Positions 1 to 9,809 of a DNA stretch of 36,673 nucleotides are shown piece by piece. The DNA is from a virus. Location: UHGV virus genome UHGV-0026823. One strand, 5' to 3'. The notes below the pieces were generated by a model that saw only the letters and a program-made list of their open reading frames with translations, was not told the origin of the DNA and searched no databases. The translations under genes were made by a program, and so were the position numbers. Numbering within the stretch: position 1 is the stretch's first letter; every line of letters begins with the position of its first letter.

Positions 1-300
1 ACAAATATAATTAATTAAAGATAAATTAATGATTAGATCTATAATAGAAATTAAATATTAATCTAATATTAAAAAAACTGTATATAAATATATATCTATA
101 ATAGTAATCTAATATATATCTACTTTAATCTAATATAAATTAATCTAACTTTAATTAATTAAACTTTAATCTATTAGAATCTATATTTAATCTACTAGGG
201 TTTATGCTCGACGTCAATATGCTATATTTATATTATACCACAATCTAACACCAATCTAACAAATTTAATCTAATATATTTACAAAAATTAATGTTTAATT
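1..300. repeat. AT-rich non-coding end region with short dispersed repeats. ATATATCTA occurs at 90-98 and 114-122. AATCTAA-type motifs are frequent, and the 11-mer CAATCTAACA is tandem at 241-261. This is probably part of the genome terminus, origin or packaging region.
   Basis: Direct reading. No ORF is present. The same 9-mer and 14-mer motifs (AAATATATATCTAT) recur at the right end. Confidence 0.55.
224..244 (-). promoter_or_regulatory. Sigma70-like extended -10 promoter element, copy 1. The minus strand reads ATTGTGGTATAATATAAATAT and points leftward.
   Basis: TGnTATAAT consensus is seen on the minus strand. The 20-mer is nearly identical to the copies at 30256-30275, 34548-34568 and 36314-36334. 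Confidence 0.45.
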
Positions 301-341
301 AAAATAAAGAAAAGGCGTAAACCTATTACTGATCTACGCCT
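301..341 (-). terminator. Rho-independent terminator after the last late gene. A 7-bp perfect stem (AGGCGUA/UACGCCU) with a 15-nt loop is followed by UUUUCUUUAUUUU on the minus-strand transcript.
   Basis: The inverted repeat is at 313-319 and 335-341. The plus-strand A-tract at 301-312 gives the minus-strand U-tract. It lies 30 nt after the stop of the 756-aa gene. Confidence 0.6.
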
Positions 342-371
342 GAATTAAAAGAAAGGATTATTTATATTTAA

Positions 372-2642
372 TTATTCATCTTGACTCAGCGCCCGTTTGA
401 TATCTTCTCTAACATTGCGCTGCATCATGATTTTTCGTCTAACTTGTTTAGTTATCGTTGGTTCATAATTCTTATATTCATATGTACCAAGTACTCGTTT
501 ACCTAGTCTCTCTTTAGCATTATCTACTACTTTTCTTTGAGATCTAGCATTCATATTAGAATATTGAGTATCTGATACCATAGTATTAACTAGTTTTGAA
601 TTATCCTGTATATATTTATCAGACATAATCGGAACTATAACTTGATTATAGAATTGAACTGGGGATAATAGAGAACGACCTGCATATGCTAAAGCTGGGA
701 GTATATCATAATTACCCTTATTTGTAACTATTTGGCCATTCTGTATCCTATATGATTGACCATTAACTTCGAATACATTTGGATCTCCAGTACCTTTAAT
801 TAATTTATCAAGGAATTGAAATATAGGAATTTGAATAGCATCTCCTTGAGTACCAAATAAGAACATGTTCATAGCTTGAATAGGAGTAATTACTGTTGAT
901 CTCTGAATCTCTTCACCCTTTTCATTCATTCTAAGAGCTTTAGTTCTATCAGGAGTAATTCCCGCTATCTGCTGAGCCTGTTCATTTAATTGCTGACCTG
1001 CTTTATTTAATTGATTATAAGTAAGAACTTTACCGGGTCTTAATCTAATATTAGCTCCTATTTCATGAAACGCTGCTAATGGATACGAACCAAATGGAAC
1101 TAAGTTTTGTACACCTGCCTCAAGAGCATTATTTGGAACTACTTTACTTGGAATAGTAGATTGCATTAATTCTGCTGCATTCTTATCTGGGTGGTTTTTA
1201 ATATATTCTAGAGCTACGTTTTCTAACCATCTATCAATTGAAGCTATTGGTTGATATATTTTATTATTTAATCTACTAAGGATCTTTAACCCTGGAGTAG
1301 TTGCTTCAGATAAAGTTACTTGACGAAACTTCGGTAGATTTTTTACAGTACGAAGTGCAGCGTCCATATTAAAATTATTAAGGATACTTAATGTAGTCGT
1401 AATTACGTTAGCACCAAGATAAACACCTGATGACAACATATTCTTTTTTAATTCACTATTTAATTCACGAAGCACTGTTGAACCTAATAGATTTTCTTGT
1501 TTTGGAAGAGGCTTGATATTAGTACCTTCAGTAGCATTCATTTTAGCTATCTTCTTATTGATTCTAGTAGGAGTATCTCTAACACCAGTTGATATTGCTC
1601 TATTTACAAACTCTTCAGCTTTATTAACGAGATCTTTTGACGCTTCACTATAATCCATTGTACCGAACTTACGAGCAAACACATCTGTCTCTACTTTTTC
1701 TGCTCCTTCAAGTGATGAATAGATTTTTGGTTTAAGGTGAAATAAAGGTTTAATATCATTTTCTTTGACATAATTATAAGTATCTTTATATAAATTAGTT
1801 TTCTTTGATATTTCTTGAGCTTGCTCAAATGTTATACCATGTTCTTTTGATAATAATTCTCGAGTAGCAAAATCAAGATCGTCATATACTTTAGCTCCTA
1901 AACCTTCTACGAAAGCTTGATACGTGTGATTAGCTTTAGTTAACTCTTGCATACAAGGAATTAATTCTTTTGGAGCATTCTTAAATCCAATTGTTTCAAT
2001 AGCTTGCATTGATTTTGAAATAACTTCAGGAGTGTATTTCATACTGATGTTATCAATTTGATTTACAAATGAATTACCAAGATGATGAGTATTAAGATTT
2101 TCATGGAGAGCTTCATTAGCTAAATTTAATCTAATATCTTGTTCATTAACCTTATTTAATTTGCCTTTAGTTAAATTCTTTAATTTCTTTCCTGCTCCTA
2201 ATAATTCTCCAATTGACATAACATCAAGATAAGCAGTAACTGGATGTTTCCATACACCCGCTGCCACATTACCTAAGATTTCACCCATAGGCATTTTACC
2301 AAAGTCGTCGACTGTTAGATTATAAGTATCTAATATTGTATCACCAAGTATCTTTAAATTCTTTGGATCTTGTTTAATTATATCTATTGTTTGACCAATA
2401 GCTTGTCTAGCTTCTCTATCATATCCAAATATAGCTCCTACAAGAGAAGTGATACCTGCTCCAATAGCTAACACATCATCATTAATATTACCAATTATAT
2501 TACCCTCAAATTTAAGACCTTGAGAACCAAGGCTACGGGGGGATGAACCACCAACCGCGCCTGATCCTCCAAAGCTTAAACCTGAGGTATTATTAAAAGA
2601 CGATTGATTATTGTTCGATTGACCATCAAATGATAAAGGCAT
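372..2642 (-). CDS. Large virion structural protein, 756 aa. It is probably an internal-virion or tail-associated protein. The N-terminus is Gly/Ser/Asn-rich.
   Basis: It is a long ORF at the distal end of the late operon, downstream of the capsid gene. There is no enzymatic motif. The call rests on position and composition. Confidence 0.4.
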   Translation of the reverse strand: MPLSFDGQSNNNQSSFNNTSGLSFGGSGAVGGSSPRSLGSQGLKFEGNIIGNINDDVLAIGAGITSLVGAIFGYDREARQAIGQTIDIIKQDPKNLKILGDTILDTYNLTVDDFGKMPMGEILGNVAAGVWKHPVTAYLDVMSIGELLGAGKKLKNLTKGKLNKVNEQDIRLNLANEALHENLNTHHLGNSFVNQIDNISMKYTPEVISKSMQAIETIGFKNAPKELIPCMQELTKANHTYQAFVEGLGAKVYDDLDFATRELLSKEHGITFEQAQEISKKTNLYKDTYNYVKENDIKPLFHLKPKIYSSLEGAEKVETDVFARKFGTMDYSEASKDLVNKAEEFVNRAISTGVRDTPTRINKKIAKMNATEGTNIKPLPKQENLLGSTVLRELNSELKKNMLSSGVYLGANVITTTLSILNNFNMDAALRTVKNLPKFRQVTLSEATTPGLKILSRLNNKIYQPIASIDRWLENVALEYIKNHPDKNAAELMQSTIPSKVVPNNALEAGVQNLVPFGSYPLAAFHEIGANIRLRPGKVLTYNQLNKAGQQLNEQAQQIAGITPDRTKALRMNEKGEEIQRSTVITPIQAMNMFLFGTQGDAIQIPIFQFLDKLIKGTGDPNVFEVNGQSYRIQNGQIVTNKGNYDILPALAYAGRSLLSPVQFYNQVIVPIMSDKYIQDNSKLVNTMVSDTQYSNMNARSQRKVVDNAKERLGKRVLGTYEYKNYEPTITKQVRRKIMMQRNVREDIKRALSQDE

Positions 2643-2670
2643 TATATATTATCCTTTCTTTTATGTTTGA

Positions 2671-4977
2671 TTATTGTTGATTATAATATTGATTAATTTG
2701 ATTTTTATATTGGGCATACGGAACCGATCCATTACTTGCTTGACCTTGTTGAGTACCTGGGAATACCGTTCCAAATACAGAGGTATTTGAATTTAAGAAT
2801 TGATCCATACTTAATCCACTCATACCAGCATTCATTACTGTTTGACCAGCATAGCTAGCTTGTTGATATGGAAGTAACTGTTCTTTTCTAGTTACATCTC
2901 TAGCAGCAGTTCCAGCATTTATCCTACCAGTTTCAGCATTATACCCTTTAATTCCTAATTCAGCTCTATTTGTAGCTGCATTCATTCTGCCAGTTTGAGC
3001 TTCATATTGGTTGGTACCAGCATTGATCCTTCCTGTCTGTGCTTCGTATTGTCCAATATCTAATTGACCTTGTTTATATCCACGCTCTGTTTGAGCATTG
3101 TAAATATCTTTTGCTTCTGTAGCTCTGTTATGTCTATAAGTTTCAGCTACTTTTTGAGCTTCAAGTAAGAAATTATTTAATTCTTGTTGAGATTTAATTC
3201 CATTTTGCATAATTGTCGCAGCTTGTTCTCTAATTTTAGGTTGAAGTTCAATCATTGCTTGAGACTTTTTCCACTCAACAAAATCATTAATATTATTAAA
3301 GAAATAACCTTGACCAGCTCTAGCTTTAGATTGATGAATGTGATATTCATTTAACATTGATTGAGGAGTAATTAATCGATCAATATCAGCAGCAGAATCA
3401 TAAGCTACTTTTTCTGCAATTAAATTATAAGCTGTGGCTATGTCTTGATTAGTTCTTTGAGCTTGAACTTCTTCACGTTGCTGTTCTGGAGCTACAACAT
3501 TTTGTTTATATTGTTCAACTAGATCTCCTTCGGAATCATAAGTTAATGGTTGAAGTTGATTAGCTAGTTGAGAATTTCTGTTAATCTCTTGCTGAACTGT
3601 CTCTTTTTGAATCTGAATATTTTGGAGTTGCCCTGGATCTACGTTATATCCTTGTTGCATTGTAATTCGAAGATCATTCTCTTGTTGCTCAAGAGCGTTT
3701 TTCTTATCAATAGCTTCTTGTGTTTTAAATTGAACAAAGTCTGAAGCATCCTTAAGAGCATTAGCAATGTTAACAGGTCGTCCAGTAGCATAGTCAAATA
3801 TTTTATTACCTGTTACATGATATTTACGACCTGATTGACCTTCAATAAATTCTGGAATTTCATCAGATAAACCTGGCTGATAAATACCTGCTTCAATTTC
3901 TTTATTAATTAGATCTGAAGTTTCATGTTTAACACCAAGTTTTTTAAAGGCTGCTTTAGTTAATTGGTCACCTGCAGCGTAACCTAAACCACCATAAAAT
4001 ATTTTTAATATTGGATTACCTGGAATTAAACCACTAGCCATTCTGGCTACGTTATTAAGAGATTTAGGAAGTAAACTTCCATCATTTTCTTTATACGCCT
4101 GGTACAAGTCATAAACAGATAAACCTGCATTCGCTAGGATACCTAACTTATCTTTACCAGTAGCTTGAGATTTAATATAATTAGGAGAGTTTTTGATAAC
4201 ATCTCCAAGTTGGTTAGCGAATTTCATCAGGTCAAATACTTCAGATTTCTTAGCTCCTGTATCTTTAGCTAATTGTTGAAGCCCTTTAGCATCTGATTTT
4301 AACATATCCAAGATTGAATCTGTCTCTGCTTTTGATAAACCGTTAACTCCTTTGTCAGCAGCTTTAGCTACTGCTTTAACTTCTGCTTTAGTAGCATCTC
4401 CAAATAGTTTCATAAATTCTTCAGGAGATGACATAATATAATCTTTACCTTTTTCTAAAGCTTTAACTCCTTCTTCAAGAGACATTACTCTATTATCTGG
4501 TAAACCTAATTTATCAAAATCTTTAGCAGAGTTAACTTTAATAGTTTGAGGTTTTCTCATAGCATTATCAATTGCTTTTTGAATCTCAGCTGCTTTAGAT
4601 TTAAATTGTTGAGTACCCACTTTAATGGCTTGAGCTGCTTTTGGATTAGCTTTTACTGCAGCTACTCTAGCTTTATCAATAGCTTTCATAACTGGTTTAG
4701 CTACTTTACCAGCTCCTTTTAAACCAATAAGAGAAGCTCCTTCAATTACAGCATCAGTAGCTAAATCTTTAATTTGTTTTTTAATAACTTTACCATCACC
4801 TGATTTTAAAGCAACTCCTGTTGTTGCAACATGTTTATAAACATCACTCTCTCGTGGAGGTAAAGTTTTTAGAACAGTAGTAGTTACTTTATTAATAGCT
4901 TTATTTCCATATTTCTTTAATTGTTTTCTTTGTTCAGGTGTTGTATATTGATTAATAATTTGATTGATTAGTCTCAT
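2671..4977 (-). CDS. Large virion protein, 768 aa, possibly an ejection protein. The N-terminal half is Lys/Ala-rich. Three imperfect tandem repeats (QTGRINAGTNQYEA-like) lie near the C-terminus.
   Basis: The ORF is in the late operon. The peptide repeats map to imperfect DNA tandem repeats of about 40 nt at roughly 2905-3055. Confidence 0.4.
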   Translation of the reverse strand: MRLINQIINQYTTPEQRKQLKKYGNKAINKVTTTVLKTLPPRESDVYKHVATTGVALKSGDGKVIKKQIKDLATDAVIEGASLIGLKGAGKVAKPVMKAIDKARVAAVKANPKAAQAIKVGTQQFKSKAAEIQKAIDNAMRKPQTIKVNSAKDFDKLGLPDNRVMSLEEGVKALEKGKDYIMSSPEEFMKLFGDATKAEVKAVAKAADKGVNGLSKAETDSILDMLKSDAKGLQQLAKDTGAKKSEVFDLMKFANQLGDVIKNSPNYIKSQATGKDKLGILANAGLSVYDLYQAYKENDGSLLPKSLNNVARMASGLIPGNPILKIFYGGLGYAAGDQLTKAAFKKLGVKHETSDLINKEIEAGIYQPGLSDEIPEFIEGQSGRKYHVTGNKIFDYATGRPVNIANALKDASDFVQFKTQEAIDKKNALEQQENDLRITMQQGYNVDPGQLQNIQIQKETVQQEINRNSQLANQLQPLTYDSEGDLVEQYKQNVVAPEQQREEVQAQRTNQDIATAYNLIAEKVAYDSAADIDRLITPQSMLNEYHIHQSKARAGQGYFFNNINDFVEWKKSQAMIELQPKIREQAATIMQNGIKSQQELNNFLLEAQKVAETYRHNRATEAKDIYNAQTERGYKQGQLDIGQYEAQTGRINAGTNQYEAQTGRMNAATNRAELGIKGYNAETGRINAGTAARDVTRKEQLLPYQQASYAGQTVMNAGMSGLSMDQFLNSNTSVFGTVFPGTQQGQASNGSVPYAQYKNQINQYYNQQ
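2905..3055 (-). repeat. Three imperfect tandem repeats of about 36-42 nt inside the 768-aa gene. They encode GxYEAQTGRINAGTN units.
   Basis: Direct reading of DNA and peptide (ccagcatttatcctaccagtttcagcatta / gctgcattcattctgccagtttgagcttca / ccagcattgatccttcctgtctgtgcttcg). Confidence 0.5.
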
Positions 4978-5008
4978 CTATAAAATCCTTCCTTAGTTGA
5001 TTTTTAAT

Positions 5009-5794
5009 TTACTGGTTCATAAATTTATTAACTGCGCTAGTGATAGCATTACCACCAGAATAATCAGTACTTAATGTTGAAGTTGATTTACCTTGACTAA
5101 ATAAGTTTTTAAAAGCTCCGCCAAGGGATCCATATTTTTCATTACCTTCATTCCATTTTTCTCCAGCAGTTTGGAATTGGCTTGAAGTATAATCTGATCC
5201 AGCATAACCTCCAGCTACAGTTTGAGATTCACCAGCCATATTAGACATAGCAGATCCAGTTCCTTTTAGTGCTGCACCAATTGCAGCTCCATAAGGTCCA
5301 AAGTACTGAACAACTTCACCTGCTGTAGCCATTCCTTTTCCAAGAGTATTTAACCAAGCATTATTAGCTGCATCTACGTTTGCTGCTCCTGCTGCACCTT
5401 GTGCTGCTGAGTTTTGATAAATTTGAGCAGCTGATCCAAGAGCTGATAATTCATTATTTTGTAAAGTATTTGCAAGTTGAACATTCTTATTAGCTACATC
5501 TGCTAGGTAATTATTTTGAGAATAAGCATTATTTTCAATCTGTCTGTTAGTTTCAGAGTTAGATCCGAATGCTGCAGATCCACGTAACATAGAAGCATTC
5601 TGAGCAAGATATTTATCAGATAATAAATCAAGTTGTCGATTATTTAATTTATCTGTCCAGAAGTCAGTCCGATCTGCGTAATTAGAAGTATATTGGTTAA
5701 TTAAACCTAGATTATTTTTTAGGTATGACATTGCGTCTTTACCTACATTCATTAATTGTTTGTTATAAGTTTTTTGATTCTTTTTAAAACCCAT
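5009..5794 (-). CDS. Gly/Ala/Asn/Ser-rich virion protein of unknown function, 261 aa.
   Basis: The ORF lies immediately downstream of the capsid gene. The product is low-complexity and rich in small residues. Confidence 0.35.
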   Translation of the reverse strand: MGFKKNQKTYNKQLMNVGKDAMSYLKNNLGLINQYTSNYADRTDFWTDKLNNRQLDLLSDKYLAQNASMLRGSAAFGSNSETNRQIENNAYSQNNYLADVANKNVQLANTLQNNELSALGSAAQIYQNSAAQGAAGAANVDAANNAWLNTLGKGMATAGEVVQYFGPYGAAIGAALKGTGSAMSNMAGESQTVAGGYAGSDYTSSQFQTAGEKWNEGNEKYGSLGGAFKNLFSQGKSTSTLSTDYSGGNAITSAVNKFMNQ

Positions 5795-5824
5795 AATTAA
5801 CCTTTCATATTTATTTTTTTATAC

Positions 5825-5892
5825 GCTGCCCTGTAAGAAATATTAAATCTTTAATCTAACATTTGTTTCAGAGCAGCAATTAAGCTGCCCTG
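5825..5892 (-). terminator. Stem-loop 5 nt after the capsid stop codon. The stem CAGGGCAGC/GCUGCUCUG is 9 bp with one G-U pair and a 6-nt loop. The GC-rich 9-mer GCTGCCCTG is duplicated on the plus strand at 5825-5833 and 5884-5892. The structure may be an attenuator, an RNase-processing site or a terminator.
   Basis: Direct reading. There is no clean U-tract after the hairpin, so terminator strength is uncertain. Confidence 0.35.
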
Positions 5893-5897
5893 ATTAT

Positions 5898-6881
5898 TTA
5901 TGCTGCAAGTTTCAAGTATGCTCTAGCACCACATTTAGCGTTAGTTACTTTAGCACCATATACAATCATACCACGAAGGATATCTCTGTATTTAGTAGCA
6001 TCAGGTAATTTTTCTGCACGAGATGCAGTGAATGCCTCAGTTACCAAATTACGAGTAGCTGCGATCAATTCTAAGTGTGGATTAGCAGAATCAGCAGCAT
6101 GGTCAAGAGTTTCATCAAGAACAATTTCAAAACCACGAACTACAGGAACATGACCAAAGAACTCTTTGTCTTCAGTTCTCATACCTGCTTCAGTAGCAGC
6201 TTCAATGATCAATTCATAAAGAGCTGCAGGCACACCAAGAACAGGGATAGCAGTTTTAGCTTGAGCACCCAAAGGACCAGGTACTTGTTCACCAGCACCA
6301 TCAAGTGGCTCAGCTTGTCCAGCTAATTCAGATTGGTTTTCTTGTTCTTCTAGATCAACGAATCTGTAAGTACCATTTTCCATGATAGCACCAGTTTTCA
6401 TTAATTGAAGTCTAATTTTAGTTAAGATTTGAAGGATATTTGCTTTAGTTACTTCAGTTGGAGCTGCTGCAGTACCAGTAACAACCGGAATAGTTGCAGC
6501 TGCATCGATAGCTTTCATAACTTGAGCATTACGTTGTTGAATGATCATATCATCACAAGTCAATCTATAACCTTTTTCAACATCATGTTCAGTCTTCAAT
6601 TGCATTTCCCAAGGAAGACCAACAGCATATTTAAGAGGAGTATCAAGGTTGATTGTGATTGTTTCAGATGCTGCATCGTTGAATGTTGGCATATCCATAC
6701 CAGCTGTAGTAGCAAGCCCAACAACTGTTAGAGTAGGATTGATTACCTTAACTGCATCTGCTTTATCTCCACCAGGATTGTGGAAATTGTGGTTAACCAC
6801 GCGAGCTGCAAAACCACCTTTAGCTTCTTTCAATGTGAATAACATTTTTTGAGCCCAACGTTCAGTAGTAAATGCTGTCAT
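5898..6881 (-). CDS. Major capsid protein, 327 aa, likely HK97-fold and T7 gp10-like.
   Basis: The ORF lies downstream of the portal gene. Size and Ala-rich composition are typical of podovirus major capsid proteins. A short motif (VRGFEIVLDETL) resembles T7 gp10 (VMGFEVVEVPHL). GC content is markedly higher than the genome average, as expected for a highly expressed gene. Confidence 0.6.
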   Translation of the reverse strand: MTAFTTERWAQKMLFTLKEAKGGFAARVVNHNFHNPGGDKADAVKVINPTLTVVGLATTAGMDMPTFNDAASETITINLDTPLKYAVGLPWEMQLKTEHDVEKGYRLTCDDMIIQQRNAQVMKAIDAAATIPVVTGTAAAPTEVTKANILQILTKIRLQLMKTGAIMENGTYRFVDLEEQENQSELAGQAEPLDGAGEQVPGPLGAQAKTAIPVLGVPAALYELIIEAATEAGMRTEDKEFFGHVPVVRGFEIVLDETLDHAADSANPHLELIAATRNLVTEAFTASRAEKLPDATKYRDILRGMIVYGAKVTNAKCGARAYLKLAA

Positions 6882-6976
6882 TTGTTTTACCTTTCAATTA
6901 TTAATGTTAGTTTCTATAACTTCATCTCTTTATCAACTAACAATTTAAGAGATGTATATAAATATGAGATTAGAGT

Positions 6977-8350
6977 TTATTCAATAACTCCTAAATTAGT
7001 TTTTGAGACCAACTTAACTCCGTAATAGATAGTTATATATAATTCATCACCAAACATATCTTGACTAGGTTTTCTTTGAATACTAGGTTGAGTGAATGCT
7101 ACTGCAAAACAATCATTTGTACCAAAGATACCTTCGCCAATATTTGTCATAGTATCTGCTGTAGTATCTACATTAAGTTTTTCTTCAACATATCTTTTAA
7201 TTGATCCACCACATAAACCTTGTTGATAATCTTCAAATTTAGCATTATCAAGGATTAATGAAGGTTGATTGAAGTAATAAAGAGCTGGAACATTAATGTC
7301 GTCAATAGAAGCGTAGCCCATAAAGCTATCTTGTTTATCAATTACATTATCAATATTTGGTTGATTATTTTTATTAATATATTCAATAGGAGCTCCATTG
7401 TTATATTTATAGATACTATATTTTTGACCAGTACCATCTTTAATTAATTTAGTGATAATAGTTCCAAGAGTTTCAGCTAGAGTTGTACCCATTGTAACTT
7501 TAGGAATTAAATTTCCAGTAACTAGGGCTTGAACTTGATCATGAACTTTAGTTGATACAGCATGCTTGAATTTAACAGCATAATCAGACTTGATAAAGTT
7601 TACTAAATCAACATTTGTTTTCAGTTCAACTTCATTTGGAATAAAATATTTAACTGTTAATTGTTCTGTTAAATCAATATCAACTGTATTTTTAACATCA
7701 TTCGGTTGTTTAGTAACATTTAGAGCAAATAATTTAGCACCATCAATAGTTGATTGAGTAAAATCAATATTAAATTCACCAATTAAATTAGTTATATAAA
7801 CAGCTTTATCACTAACAGGCATAGAGCTTGAGTACCCATCATAATTTTGTTCAACTTTATATTCAGTAGTTAAAGTTTTGGTAATTACAATTGTTTTTAA
7901 TTTCCCATCACGTGTGGCTATTACATTATCTCCACCAAAAGTAAGAAGAGTATTTCCACGGGCTACTGTATCATTAAAAGTTAAAACAGCTTTATCCGTA
8001 ATAGCATTTATTTTATAAAAATTAGTAGTTGATCCAGTATAAATACCATCAGCTGTAATTACTGGAGTTCCAACTGCTACTAATTGATTATTAACTCCCT
8101 TTGTAAATTGAGATCCTATAGATAGGAAATCATCACTTGTAAAAAGAGTGTTTGCATTAGGATCAATAATAGTTACTCGAGAAGCTTTAACACCATTAGC
8201 ATCGGGGCAATAAATAGGGGTAGCTAACGGAAGCATATTAGCTCTATCTTCAGGAGCAATAATCCTTCTTGCAATAATTTTTGATAAAATGTTTTCATTA
8301 AAGTTTGTCATTTTATTTTTGTACTCCATTTTTATTTTGAGTATTATCAT
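6977..8350 (-). CDS. Beta-rich Asn/Thr/Lys-rich structural protein of unknown role, 457 aa. It sits where T7-like phages carry the scaffold gene.
   Basis: The ORF lies between the portal and capsid genes. Its composition does not resemble a helical acidic scaffold. Confidence 0.35.
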   Translation of the reverse strand: MIILKIKMEYKNKMTNFNENILSKIIARRIIAPEDRANMLPLATPIYCPDANGVKASRVTIIDPNANTLFTSDDFLSIGSQFTKGVNNQLVAVGTPVITADGIYTGSTTNFYKINAITDKAVLTFNDTVARGNTLLTFGGDNVIATRDGKLKTIVITKTLTTEYKVEQNYDGYSSSMPVSDKAVYITNLIGEFNIDFTQSTIDGAKLFALNVTKQPNDVKNTVDIDLTEQLTVKYFIPNEVELKTNVDLVNFIKSDYAVKFKHAVSTKVHDQVQALVTGNLIPKVTMGTTLAETLGTIITKLIKDGTGQKYSIYKYNNGAPIEYINKNNQPNIDNVIDKQDSFMGYASIDDINVPALYYFNQPSLILDNAKFEDYQQGLCGGSIKRYVEEKLNVDTTADTMTNIGEGIFGTNDCFAVAFTQPSIQRKPSQDMFGDELYITIYYGVKLVSKTNLGVIE

Positions 8351-9809
8351 TTTGATTTTGTATTACTGTATTTTCAATTATAGAGTCAAATACAGACTCT
8401 GTTCCAGTGATGTGTAATTTTTCAAGAATCCATCTGAATAGTTGAACTGCTTGAACTCCTTGAAGAGATTGAACTACAGCACCAAACATTGGCATGTTAA
8501 TTAAAGATAATAACATTTGACCTTCTTGTTGATCTTTAGCAATGTCCATGTCAACGAATAATGATTCATCAAAGATATCAGTTACTCCTTGCATAGCTAC
8601 TTTTAAGATTTCTAAGATGTCTGCCAATACTGGAATAATTAATTTCTGTTTTATTTTATTACTGAAGATATTAAGAATACCAGAAGCACTGTCTGCTAAC
8701 ATCATAGCTTCAGCTGCAGTTCTAACGGATCCAGAAGATTCACCCTTAGTATAATCATTCAATCCTGCTGCTTGTTGAGATAGAGCTTGAAGATTTCCTT
8801 GAATTCCAATTAATCCATTAATATCTAATTGACCTGGTAATAATTGACCAAGTTGAGTAGAGCCTACAGGACTTAATTTTAAATATTTAGTTCTTTTAGC
8901 TTCTTCCCAAGCATTAGAATCCAAGTTCCATTGACCAGTTCTAATTGGATTAGTCATTTTATCATTGTAATCAAATATTAATTTGTACACGTCCTGGCTA
9001 AGTTCACTTGCTTTAAGCGGCGTATAAATAGGTGAGAAATCATCATTTTTATCATTAACACTTACAGCTCTAAGAACAGTCAAATCTCTTCTTCGTTCTG
9101 CGTAAATTACTCTACGTTGGAATATAAGTGCTACATAATTGTCTAATTTATCACCGACAACAAGTTCACCAACATATACTCTAATCTCAGTGGCTCTATC
9201 GTTGTCTGCTGTAGCTCTATTAAATAATAGATCTCGGTTATATTTTGACAAGAATGTAAACTTGTGAGCAATTTCTGGAGTAATTCTGATTGTAAATAAA
9301 CCAGGTCCAGGTTGCTCAAAATCATAGATAATCTTTGCAGATTGAACTCTATTTACCATTATTTGTGGTTGCGGATCATCTGTATTAAGATTAATATCTA
9401 ATAAGATTGCTGCACATCCATAAGTAATAGCATCGTTTACAAGTAAATCATTCTGTTCCTGGAGTGCTTCAAGATAAGATTTCAATACTTGCGTAGGTCG
9501 CTCTACATCTACTCGATAATTATTAGTTGATAATCTAAAACTATCTCGTAATGATAATAGAGATTGATGAAGGAATTTAAAATAAGCATTGTACGCATAC
9601 ATCATATTGATGTTTTGTACTGCACCAGCTTCATCAGAGTTAATTGATTTTCTGATTTCACATCCCTTCGAGAATCTAGTTAACCATTCTCTAGAACCAC
9701 GAGTTCTTCTTTCGATAGCTGCCTGAACATCAGGAAGGTTATCCTCACTAACTCTAGTTCCACTATCGATAAAAAATGGTAAACCATCAAATTGTTTTAC
9801 GTCTGTCAT
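8313..9809 (-). CDS. Portal (head-tail connector) protein, 498 aa.
   Basis: The ORF is immediately downstream of the large terminase and upstream of the capsid region. The size is typical. There is no discrete motif, so the call is positional. Confidence 0.55.
   Translation of the reverse strand: MTDVKQFDGLPFFIDSGTRVSEDNLPDVQAAIERRTRGSREWLTRFSKGCEIRKSINSDEAGAVQNINMMYAYNAYFKFLHQSLLSLRDSFRLSTNNYRVDVERPTQVLKSYLEALQEQNDLLVNDAITYGCAAILLDINLNTDDPQPQIMVNRVQSAKIIYDFEQPGPGLFTIRITPEIAHKFTFLSKYNRDLLFNRATADNDRATEIRVYVGELVVGDKLDNYVALIFQRRVIYAERRRDLTVLRAVSVNDKNDDFSPIYTPLKASELSQDVYKLIFDYNDKMTNPIRTGQWNLDSNAWEEAKRTKYLKLSPVGSTQLGQLLPGQLDINGLIGIQGNLQALSQQAAGLNDYTKGESSGSVRTAAEAMMLADSASGILNIFSNKIKQKLIIPVLADILEILKVAMQGVTDIFDESLFVDMDIAKDQQEGQMLLSLINMPMFGAVVQSLQGVQAVQLFRWILEKLHITGTESVFDSIIENTVIQNQNDNTQNKNGVQK

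Noticed and set aside
6075-6852. Three plus-strand ORFs (6075-6326, 6429-6731, 6649-6852) antisense to the capsid gene.
   Set aside because: They lie entirely inside a well-supported minus-strand gene. Their products are low-complexity and Ser/Cys/Phe-rich and they lack an SD. The higher GC of the capsid gene simply permits longer random antisense frames.
9143-9325. Minus-strand 60-aa ORF inside the portal gene, and similar nested ORFs (17452-17637 inside the primase, 21408-21593 inside the 794-aa gene).
   Set aside because: They are nested in alternative frames of larger, better-supported genes with no independent signals.
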